From the NCBI GenBank assembly GCA_002633005.1, contig NMRA01000085.1, positions 991,520 to 1,055,519 on the forward strand: 64,000 bases of DNA, in the 5' to 3' direction. A program made the translations under genes and the position numbers. Source of the stretch: Phoronis australis (lineage: Eukaryota > Animalia > Phoronida). Under the pieces are notes generated by a model. That model worked only from the letters and a program-made list of their open reading frames with translations. It did no database searches and had not been told where the DNA came from. Position 1 is the stretch's first letter; each line of letters begins with the position of its first letter. Shown here one piece after another: positions 37,134 to 47,760 of this stretch.

Positions 37134-37313
37134 AACAAGAGCAACGCAGAGCGTTGAAATGCGCCCACAATTGCACCGCATACGGTATCCTTCTAGGGTT
37201 GTTTATTGGTACCATAAAGTGGCCAGTAGAGGGCATATATGCAGTATGTTGTACTTTACAAAATGGAAAGGCATGGTCCTTGTCTCCTCAATAGGCTAGG
37301 GGCAAAATGTGAG
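37134..37313 (-). mobile_element. 3' end of another HINE-like copy running into the gap
   Basis: aacaagagcaacgcagagcgttgaaatgcgccc is the reverse complement of the 11733-11765 terminus; CTCF-like ccagtagagggca follows. Confidence 0.7.
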
Positions 37314-38308
37314 NNNNNNNNNNNNNNNNNNNNNNNNNNNNNNNNNNNNNNNNNNNNNNNNNNNNNNNNNNNNNNNNNNNNNNNNNNNNNNNNNNNNNNN
37401 NNNNNNNNNNNNNNNNNNNNNNNNNNNNNNNNNNNNNNNNNNNNNNNNNNNNNNNNNNNNNNNNNNNNNNNNNNNNNNNNNNNNNNNNNNNNNNNNNNNN
37501 NNNNNNNNNNNNNNNNNNNNNNNNNNNNNNNNNNNNNNNNNNNNNNNNNNNNNNNNNNNNNNNNNNNNNNNNNNNNNNNNNNNNNNNNNNNNNNNNNNNN
37601 NNNNNNNNNNNNNNNNNNNNNNNNNNNNNNNNNNNNNNNNNNNNNNNNNNNNNNNNNNNNNNNNNNNNNNNNNNNNNNNNNNNNNNNNNNNNNNNNNNNN
37701 NNNNNNNNNNNNNNNNNNNNNNNNNNNNNNNNNNNNNNNNNNNNNNNNNNNNNNNNNNNNNNNNNNNNNNNNNNNNNNNNNNNNNNNNNNNNNNNNNNNN
37801 NNNNNNNNNNNNNNNNNNNNNNNNNNNNNNNNNNNNNNNNNNNNNNNNNNNNNNNNNNNNNNNNNNNNNNNNNNNNNNNNNNNNNNNNNNNNNNNNNNNN
37901 NNNNNNNNNNNNNNNNNNNNNNNNNNNNNNNNNNNNNNNNNNNNNNNNNNNNNNNNNNNNNNNNNNNNNNNNNNNNNNNNNNNNNNNNNNNNNNNNNNNN
38001 NNNNNNNNNNNNNNNNNNNNNNNNNNNNNNNNNNNNNNNNNNNNNNNNNNNNNNNNNNNNNNNNNNNNNNNNNNNNNNNNNNNNNNNNNNNNNNNNNNNN
38101 NNNNNNNNNNNNNNNNNNNNNNNNNNNNNNNNNNNNNNNNNNNNNNNNNNNNNNNNNNNNNNNNNNNNNNNNNNNNNNNNNNNNNNNNNNNNNNNNNNNN
38201 NNNNNNNNNNNNNNNNNNNNNNNNNNNNNNNNNNNNNNNNNNNNNNNNNNNNNNNNNNNNNNNNNNNNNNNNNNNNNNNNNNNNNNNNNNNNNNNNNNNN
38301 NNNNNNNN
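37314..38308. other. Assembly gap (995 N)
   Basis: Run of n. Confidence 1.
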
Positions 38309-38419
38309 AACTGGATCCTCCCGCGAGAGAAGCGGCCTCGGGCTCGGCGAGTCAACCCAGTCATCCAACAGACGATCCTGAATTAAGAGCTGATGTTTCT
38401 GAATGATAAATATTGTCCT

Positions 38420-38891
38420 TTATTGAACCAGGCCTTCATCGTCTCCTGTGACTGGAGTCGAAACGCGAGTCCTCAAAGTGGGCAGAACACAGAGTGGCCC
38501 CGGACCGAATCGCTTGGTCCACGATGACGTCCCACACTCTCGTTCGGCGCACGAAGTCATGTCCCTTCTGCGCAACTTTGGTGTCCTTCGGAACACGGAG
38601 ACGTTTTCCGCCTGGCTGCTGTTCCTGCAGCCTCCGGAAACACATCTTTTGATCCCTCTACGAACCTTCTCGACGCTAAATGTACTTTGCATTCTCTTCA
38701 CTCTATACACTTTGTTTCTGATCCGAACGGTATGGCAAACGACTTGGGTTCAACCCATGACGTTGTACATAATAATTATTTTTTTCAATTTTTGCGTGTT
38801 TCTTTATGAGCTGTGCACTAAAGGCACTGAAATCAAGTAAGATATAATAATAAAATTTATTTTGGGGTACTAGAGTCATGTTGTGTACACT
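38420..38891 (-). mobile_element. Frameshifted THAP-domain relic, possibly the 5' end of a Kolobok-like transposon
   Basis: KRCVSGGCRNSSQAENVSVF then, in another frame, PKDTKVAQKGHDFVRRTRVW...LCSAHFEDSRF (C2CH THAP). The boundary reads ttaa|agtgtacac on the minus strand (TTAA + RR terminus). Confidence 0.6.
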
Positions 38892-40770
38892 TTAAAATAA
38901 ACAGAAAAGGAGACTGCGTGTAATAAAAATAAATATGTATTCGTATCACATGGTGCATTTGACGATTCCACCATCGTCCTCTTACAGGCTTGATCAACAT
39001 AAACCCAAAGGAAGATCACATTTTAAGTAATGCAGTTCAAATGTTTACATTTTGCGTAAACCCTCGTACATCAACGAGTAACAAAATAACAAAAACCGTG
39101 CTGCTGAATCAAAAGCCACACACATACACACCTTGTCATCTACAGGGATATCTACCATTTTCATCTGATTCTCAAACATCTTAGAACTTTTACAGTGCAA
39201 TCAGTTTTTGGTCCCTAATTTTTAATGCAAGGACTTCAACACGTGTTGGTATTATTTTCCGCACTAAAATGCCATTCTGATACAACATAGATATCGGGAC
39301 TTTTCCTGGTCCTACACTGTACAGTCTACAGAAGCAGCCTAAAAAGGAGTTCTGACTACGTGGATACCCATTTGCGAAATGTCACAAATTCATTATGTAA
39401 TTTGAAATCATTTCAAACGATGTCACCTGAATGATCAACATGATTTTACTGAGGCAAATACAAACAATCAAAATTCTCCCCATAGGGGTGTTACACCTGC
39501 TGTATTTTATAAATAAACAGTAGGGATAACCCTGTTTTATCTGACCACATTTCAGTAAAACTGGTCCACGCTGCATTTAATGCAGTGCCAGGGGCCCCGT
39601 TTATCAAAGGTCGCGCGTCCGGTTTTAGCAAACGCGGTCAAAACTTAGATCTTTCTGGCACCACCGATGTTTACAAAGGAGGTCTTCAAATGTGTGTGAA
39701 TGTAAAAGCGGTCAAGCCAAGCAAGATTAGTTTGTAAAGTTGTGCTCTTACTGGAAACGAGCATCGGCATTCCAATGGCTATGACCAAGCGTAGATGTTT
39801 GACCTTTGATAAAATGGGCACAACAGTTCTGTCAACGGGACGAAAAAAAACAAAACAACAGGCCTAGTAATTTCACATAACTATATAAGAGTAGCACTTG
39901 TGGCTGCATATTTTCAAAATCACCAGAAGCTAGGCATCCAATAGACCAGTTTACGATTTCTCAAAAGAGGACGGCGATCCAGAATCGCGGACAGGGAACC
40001 TGACAATGGACAGTCAAATTGAACCCTTCTTACTTCACTACAGCAGCAATACTAAGCTGAGAGCTCCTTTGATCACCACCTGGTTCCTTGTACGCAACAT
40101 AACCATGTAGATCTATAGAAAATTTTATAGGAAATGATAAAACTTACGTCAGAAACATCTTATCACGTGTTTCGTTTTTGATGTCGGGCGATAAAAGCCT
40201 GTGACTTCATGTGTGACGTCACCACAACTCGAGTTGTCCCGTATTACCATCCTTGCCAATTGATAATCATTAACATAAGAAAATAAACAATATGCATTAA
40301 AGGGTATGATCATTATTACGGAACGCATAAATTCACCGAGACTGGGAGTGTTTTCTTTTTTCAATGTACCAAATATTGTTTACAATTGATGACGTCATAC
40401 ATAAGACCACTGGCTTTTATCACCTGCCGTATTTACTAGTGCTCCAGCTGAAATAACTATGGGGAGTTTCGGGATAGAATATTGTTTAGATTTTTTGCTT
40501 TTGTTTTTGCTCTTGTTCTATCAAGTACAGGGGCCAGCGTTTCCTCAATTCGACATGTCCGATATGCGCTAGTTAGCCCAGGTCAATCACCACCACATTG
40601 GTTTGCCGTAGAAACTTCCAACCCCTTTACATTCTCACGGTTGTCGACGTGACACTCAGTGAGTAATACTTTCTTACCCTGAAACTCCGTGGATTATCAC
40701 AACTTTAGATTTGTTGATTAGAAAGGGACTCGTTCAAAATGTGAACGACTGCATGAATGTAAGAATTTAA

Positions 40771-40898
40771 TTATAGTGAAGAAAACGGCCCGAGCTGCTG
40801 CGATTTCGCCTTGCGTATTCCGCACACGGTGAACGACGGTGCAACTTTCAACGTCTGAGAGTACTTCGGCGAGTAGGTAGCAGGTCCTGGCGTCTTTT
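40771..40898 (-). CDS. STPG3: STPG3-like sperm-tail PG-rich repeat protein, last coding exon
   Basis: tttgtag acceptor; EKTPGPATYSPKYSQTLKVAPSFTVCGIRKAKSQQLGPFSSL* is a SHIPPO PGPxxY repeat plus an STPG3-type C-terminus (GxRxxKxxxxGPFxxL). Confidence 0.85.
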
Positions 40899-41876
40899 CT
40901 ACAAAGGATTTGTAATTAGTTGCGTTTTTATTAACATTCATGTCATTAAACAGCAGTAAAACACACTCAACGTCCACCGCCAATGATCGACAAATTCTCG
41001 AGCGAGTTTTTTGACATGTTATTGCACACGTTCTTTAGATCTCAAATAATTGTCTTTCTTAGCGCTACATGTAAATTTAGTTTTACTGCAAAAGTTTTGT
41101 TAAGCTAAAGGCCATCGATCGCTCCATTTATTCCAAAAACCATTCTTAACGTTCCTGATCAAGCTCTGCAAATCCCCGTCAAAAAATGTTGCACGAACAA
41201 CGACTGATCGCATTGTGGCCTTCTGACCCCAAGTGTTGCTTGATCACGTTACGCTGCGCGTGCACAAGGAGAGGTCTCTTGGTACATACAGAAACAAAGC
41301 AGTTTACATACAAGTTCATCGATAAGCCGACCTTTTCCGGGTTTTGATATTTTGACGAAATACGAAGTTATGTTCCGTGGCAAATAAAATGATGTAGAAA
41401 AGGTTAATATGCAGAAAATTAGTAGATTGGACGCAGTGGTGGCCTTTACAAAAGTTAAATTCTTAACAGAGATACTAAGTGGCGTTGTCTCACCACGGGT
41501 ATATTGTAAGCTGGACTTCTGTAACAACAAATTTCATTTCTTTCCATGCGCGCACCCAGGGGGGGGGACTCTAGTGAGCCCNGCTTTGCAGTCCAGAAAA
41601 ATGAATGTCTGAGATCCGCCCCAGCGCGGAAACGAACCTGGAGCCCACGTGGTGTCAGCCTTGCGCTCTGCTGTCAGAACTAGATGTCTATCCTACTCAA
41701 CAATAATTCCCAAAATGTGTTTTTCGTCCGGAAACCTGACAATGTCCCTTTACTGAATAAATTCAGCTGTGCAGAGTCTGGTAAATCCATTGCTTTTTGC
41801 CATTAGAAATGTAGTATTGGGTCGATGGCAATGTATGCATAAATATATTCTGTATCTACCACCACAGACTACTTAC

Positions 41877-42120
41877 CTCCTTGAGCAAACAAATGCTTAG
41901 TTCTTCTGGGTGTCATGGAAAAGCTTGACGACGTCTTGAGCACAAGCCTGTCCGCCCGATGACGTTCGTAATCCCAGGGGGCGGGCTCGGTCACGGCACG
42001 GGGCCGGCCAACGTTGAGAGTACTACGCCTCTCACCTATTGTGAAGGACGGGTACTCGAGCGAGGAGCACTGACGGGGACCTAGCATTGGTTTGATGCGG
42101 TAGGACGTCGGAGTCGGCCA
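41877..42120 (-). CDS. STPG3: STPG3-like coding exon 4
   Basis: ttttcag acceptor and g|gtaagt donor; WPTPTSYRIKPMLGPRQCSSLEYPSFTIGERR...PAPWDY...SFSMTPRRTKHLFAQG; phase 0-1. Confidence 0.85.
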
Positions 42121-42966
42121 CTGAAAAGCGACAGACGATGAAAAATAATCGACAGTACAACATCATTTTTAAACGGCCGTTGTTAGTTGAATTTTTTTGC
42201 TGTACATAGCAACAACCACTCACGGTATGTGGTTGAAAAAGAAACTTTTCACTTTTGCGAAACTATTGTGTCGCCATAAGATAACAAAGGGGTATTAACT
42301 ATACTGTCTTGATTCAGTGACTGACTTTAGTCACAAGAAGCGAAGGCCGTGGGGTGGCGCGAGGTGCTTCCAAGGGATGTTGATCGCAGATAGCATAACA
42401 TTTCACGACTGATTAGGCCTGTCACCTCTTTTGATTACAGTGAGGTAAGAGACCGTCGACTACTCTAGACAACGGAAGTTTTTAGAAAAACAAAAAAGTT
42501 GACGATCGGGAATGATGGAACTCACGGACAACAAACTAGAGAAGACCAGTGGAACACGGAACACCGGTCAAAGCACAGGGAAACTGTTGATGAAACCTTG
42601 AGGGGGGGGGTTCCGTCCGTTTTTTTCTCCTAATTCACGGATGGGGTCGTTATGTAAAATGTCATCGAGTTTATTTTTCATTGCCGAAGTGAGCTGTTTT
42701 TACATTTATAAGAAGAAGAATTCTAGTCTGGTGGGAGGGGGTACTAACCACTATAACACCAACGCTTTTATGAAATGGTTTGCTGTCAATTCCAGTTTGC
42801 AACTATCCGTCAGCTGTATCAGTCTAACTTAAAGTGGTATTGTTTAACTTTTGGATAGCAAGGCTATGTATTTCACAGTTAAATGAAAAAAAAATTACGC
42901 CCTGGTACATGCGCACCAAGCGGCAACAGGGTACACTATGTACTAGCTAAATTCCAACTGCTTTAC

Positions 42967-43061
42967 CTTTCTGTCTGAGAAGAAATCCACCTTCTGCGTG
43001 AATACGTAAGGATTCTGTGTCCATGTTTTCGCCCAGCTTGTTCGAGAGCCCTCTTTTGTGG
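42967..43061 (-). CDS. STPG3: STPG3-like coding exon 3
   Basis: ttgtttag acceptor and aag|gtaaag donor; STKEGSRTSWAKTWTQNPYVFTQKVDFFSDRK resembles the STPG3 block [23 protein letters not shown]; phase 1-0. Confidence 0.85.
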
Positions 43062-43414
43062 CTAAACAAAAACAGTAGTTAATGGCTATCGTATCCAAGC
43101 ATCAAATTAGTGATAGCAGCCTATGTGCTTCAAGCATCAATTTAGAGATTTGAGGAAACAATATCGGAAGAAAGCTCAAGACAGCGGTGTGCAGGCTTAA
43201 GGACGCACCGTACCCGTCGTTGGTGAAAACCGTGTAACTGACGGATGTAGGATGTCGCACAGAGCGACCACACTTTTCGAAGGCAAAGTGTTCGACCATC
43301 CCTGACAACGACGAATCGCCTCTAAGGCCAACGGGCTCCCAGAAGTGAGGGAGTGGAGGAAAATTTGCTTTGAGAACTTTAGACAAGCTTATTAGGGACT
43401 GTGTTAAGACATAC

Positions 43415-43632
43415 ATTTCTCCGGCCAGCACTTCCTTCCGAACGAGTGTGAGGGTGCGTTGGTCTCGTTGAGCGGTTTGTTCAGGGGCGAGTATGTGAAA
43501 GGGGTGGGGCCGTCCATGTCAATTCTGAGTGGTGGGCGGGCTGCCATTGCTTGATCCCACGTGATAGTCTTCTCGCGTCTGATTGGAGATTCATAATACA
43601 CACTTGGTATCGTGGTTGTTCCAATCTTTCCT
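43415..43632 (-). CDS. STPG3: STPG3-like coding exon 2
   Basis: actttcag acceptor and t|gtatgt donor; RGKIGTTTIPSVYYESPIRREKTITWDQAMAARPPLRIDMDGPTPFTYSPLNKPLNETNAPSHSFGRKCWPEK; phase 2-1. Confidence 0.85.
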
Positions 43633-43759
43633 CTGAAAGTGAACAAAGATTTTTACCTCAAGTTACCATTACTCAAAAACTTGCTCCGTGCGTAAGCAAC
43701 ACCATTAGGTTAAATTTCAGAATTATTGGTCGTAGACAAGTATAAAAAATTCTCCGTAC

Positions 43760-44061
43760 CTAATAGGGTTGCCAGTGCCCATTTTAACCATTGGCGCGGG
43801 ATATCGCGACAGAGCAGAGCGACGCGCTTTGCTCATCTTCAACACCTCGTTGACTATTTCAGGTGGTGGGGACGGAATTCTTGGAATATTGGCTACGTTT
43901 GGAGATTTCGGAGGCTCTTTGGAAGACGATCGCATCTCCTCCTTAAGAGGCGACCTTGTTCTCGTTTCCACGGATATCGGAAACTCGTCTGCTTTCTCTG
44001 ACGTACTACCATCTTCGACACCAACAGACGTCTCCAATGACCCATGCTGTTCCACGGCCAT
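43760..44061 (-). CDS. STPG3: STPG3-like first coding exon
   Basis: ATG at 44061 preceded by an in-frame stop and a 5' UTR acceptor (tttgcag, ~44096); donor ag|gtacgg. The five exons sum to 987 nt = 328 aa + stop. Confidence 0.75.
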
Positions 44062-47000
44062 TTAGAAAGCGTTACCGTTATTGTCCAAAGAAAACCTGCA
44101 AATGAAAATTTACCGTAATTTTGCACACAATAGGGCCGACGAGTGAAATGCTATTTTGTCAAATTTCTCCACAAAAATAAAGGATTATGTAGGACTCTAC
44201 CGACTTGTCAGTGTGTTTAGCCAAAAACCTACAAAACTATTGACTTAAGCTGAGTGAAAGTATGTTTTATGAAAGAACAAAGCCTGTAGAATTTGATTTT
44301 CGATATTATATACCAATCTGATGTTGATTGAGTCGCGTGCCCTTGTTTTTTTTTTTTTAAAGCAAAAAAGAAAAGTATCCATCCATAACACGACCAAATT
44401 TTGTTAGACATAAATGTGCTTGATGAAATCTCCGAAATGGAGTTACAGCTTCCGCTTTGTTCAATTTTAGAGTTTCTTTCACAAAAATCATAAATTTTAA
44501 ATCCTACTTTTGATAGCCGCTCGTGCAAAAGTGGAAAAGTTAGAAAATAACTCCTAGCAGTGTGTACGGTATCTGAAAGTTTCATAGATATGGTGTTCGG
44601 TTGGAGTGTACCTACATAACTTTAAGAAAATTTTAATCCATGAATAACATGGTTTGTTTTTTTTCTATTATTTCCATTTTTTTAAAACAGCCTTTGAAAA
44701 ATGACAGTTTTGGCAGTTAGTTTTGAGCGGAAGTGGAGAGTTGCCGAATTCACGATTCATTCAGTTTCCATTGAATCGCTCGTCTTGGTAGGTTGCCTAA
44801 TAATACCGGTTACAAAAACAGTCCCAATGTGGACTCGACTACGTTCTCTAACTTTTCAGCGCATTTGTAGAGTGATTTATTGACTGTTATACATTTTTCT
44901 GCCACTTCATCGTGAGCTCCTCTTTTACATATGACATTTTCCAATTATATGTCTGACATCTTAGCCCTTATTATAGTGAAAACTAATAGGGATCAAGTCC
45001 TAAAATTAGGGGCGTTGAATGAAAATGTCCCTATTTATTTTCAGTAATATTAAAAATTCAACTTATGGTTTACTGTGTATCAAAACTCGACTTAGCAATA
45101 AAGATGAAATAGTAGAAGGAAAATCGGTCTGTGCGTGTAGTCCTCAAATCCACCGAAAATGGCAATATAGCTAGTTCCGCTATTCTGAGGTAAACTTCCA
45201 CTGGTTTTTATGTACAAATAACGTCCGTTGCATAAGCTTCAGTGTCGCTCACAGTATGAGCGTAATCCTAGAACAAAATATCCCGCGAAAAAGTTGCTGC
45301 AAGGTTAAAATGTTCGTGTGGTGAGAATAAATGCGACGTGGCAACTTAATACGGAGGAGATAACTTACATCGTGATCACCTTGTCAACAACACCAACAAA
45401 TTGAACGGACTCCGGTTGTTCGATTACTTGATAGTTTTTCTAGTTACGGAGGGGACAAATACTGTCAGATAGCCCTATAACCTCTCTGAAGAGTAATGTG
45501 ATAGCATCACTTCTAAAATCTATTGGTTCATTTACATGACGTCTACTCGTGTTCGTTCTTCTGCGGGTAGCGCTGGAACGCTGATGGTCGGTGAAATGAC
45601 AGATCACGGACTGTGTCCTGCCAGTACAAATAGGCCCCAGGTTGATATTGGTCAATAAAAGACTTTGTACAGTTGGCTAAAAAACTAAAGTAAGCCTATT
45701 ACTCTCGTCAAATTGGTGACAGTATTCTTTAAGCCGGGTGATACCATTCCATTTCCGTTACCACCTCAAATCACAGGCATGCGCCATTCTCGAATTCCAA
45801 ATGTTAGGGTTCGACAACCCCATTACTGCCAAGCGTCTTTTGAGTCGCACATGGTTTCAACGTTCTTGTTCTGGTGGAAAAGGGATATATAGAATTCTTT
45901 CGGAGTAAGGACAGTGAAAAGAAACCTGTGTTGACAGCCTCACCGGTTGAGATTGGGCAATTAGCTTACACCGGATCGCTTGCCTCCAAATGTGCCGACG
46001 ATCTTCAAAGAAACCATACAGTTGTATGTAATCGCCTGTGGGTGCATGAAGCAGGCTGCTTAGGCAATCATTCTAGCTTGGGTAACTTGTTCTACATATT
46101 ACGGTTTATAGTGGGGCCAACATATATATAGTGTTCTCATTAATTCTCGCTTGTGTACTACTTAATGGGCTATTAACAAGGCTCATAAACCAGCAGGCAG
46201 CGGTTGGAAATTGAGGTGAACCAAGTTTCATCTTACAATTCTTGGCATGAATATCGCGAGGCCGATTTAAGCGACAGTAATGGGCTTTCTACTTCAATTT
46301 TCATCCTACAGGGCGAAATGCAGTTTTAAGCCTCCCCTGTGTCACTGAATACTTGATATCAAGTCTGTCTCACCCAGTCGTATGAAAGCAGCAAGCGGCA
46401 GACTAATTGACCTAGTTTGCTCACCAACACGCCGGTCACCTGTAGGCTACTGGCCCAGAAATCAGGTCTACATGGCTTCGGCCACTGAGAAGCAAATCGC
46501 GAATTAAGTCATCAAAATCAATGTTTTTACTGATGCATAGTTTGTGAAATCCTCTCAATAGATATGTACCAACGTGGCCATTATTAACGCTTCGTGAAGA
46601 GAATCAGTGTTGTCCAGTAGTGACGAACTCTGACGGAACACAAATGTCTCACCTGTAATGACGTCGCCATCTTGTATCTAGCGAAGCTGTTGTTAAGTTA
46701 GAGAATTTTAGGGAGAGCATCTGGAATTCATATCTTAGCTATACTTGCTCGTTGTTAAGTCATTTGACTTACACGCACACAGCAAAATAATATAGAATAC
46801 TCCTTATTTGTTAGTATTAGTGGATTAAACAGGTTGGAAAAGCTGTAGAAAAAGGTAAGTAACGAAACAAAATTAACAATAGAACACCCTAAGCGATAAC
46901 GGAACTAGAGTCTAACATTTCTTATTGTGTCGCCAATACGTCTCTTTTGTTGAGCCTCTAAATCTCGCATTGACCATGAACCTGTATAGAGTTCAGAAGA

Positions 47001-47546
47001 CCTCGCTAAAGTCTAGCCAAAATCATTTGAAATACACTACTATGTCTCACGTAATCTCGATAATTCTTGGTTTTTAGCAAGGTCCTAGCCGGTTACTAAA
47101 CGGCCTGGCGGTTTGTCACCCCGTCTCTCGACTGCCACTAAGTTGGTCGGAACTGAAAGTCAAGAACGGTGATTTTTTAATTCACTAACGAAAAAATGAT
47201 TAAACGACTACCATGAGTTCTACTGGACCTTTTCATAGAGGTTCTAATTGATTACATTTCACAAAGAAATATACCGGTATTAGTCAACTCACGAAAAACT
47301 CATTCGCAAAGGAGTGACGCGTGAATCGTACATGCTCCACCTGTCGGTACGAAGGTCTCGGTATGTGGAACTTCTTAGCACAGAGGTCTATTTTCCATCT
47401 TATCACCAGTTACTACAGGCACTGCGACAGTGCACATCAATGAAACGACAGGACAGCACCACAATAGAAAGAAAAGAAGCAGAAGTGGCGCCGGAAGGAA
47501 CGTATGCAAAACGGGACGTCTCTAAATATATTAAACATTCCGTGAT

Positions 47547-47760
47547 CAGGGGCGGATCTACGTTTTCAGTAAGGGGGGGGTTTAGGATTCCCGCAAAGGT
47601 CGAATCCTAGGCGCGTGGCGCCGAGAGGGGGGGGGGGGTCGGGAGGGGGGGTTTCCCCCCCTCCGTGTAAAACAATTTTTTGTTTTTGTAGCCAAATAGT
47701 GAAATTTCCATGCATCCTGGTAAGTTTCTGGCACTTAACATGTCTCTTGAGTTTTTCTTA
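47547..47760 (+). mobile_element. GC-rich MITE end (CAGGGGCGGATC family; related ends near 30525-30549, 32968-32992, 41611-41622, 50170-50228, 53910-53930)
   Basis: Recurring caggggcggatc / gatccgcccctg termini with poly-G tracts. Confidence 0.55.

Noticed and set aside
37239-38406. Four long ORFs (358-380 aa)
   Set aside because: They consist almost entirely of X translated from the N gap.
41620-41685. tRNA-like sequence on the minus strand (B-box GGTTCGTTTCC)
   Set aside because: No convincing cloverleaf or A-box; at best a decayed SINE head next to an N join.
45874-46131. ORF with a PH-like start (GYIEFFRSKDSEKKP)
   Set aside because: No ATG, no usable splice acceptor and no further domain similarity.
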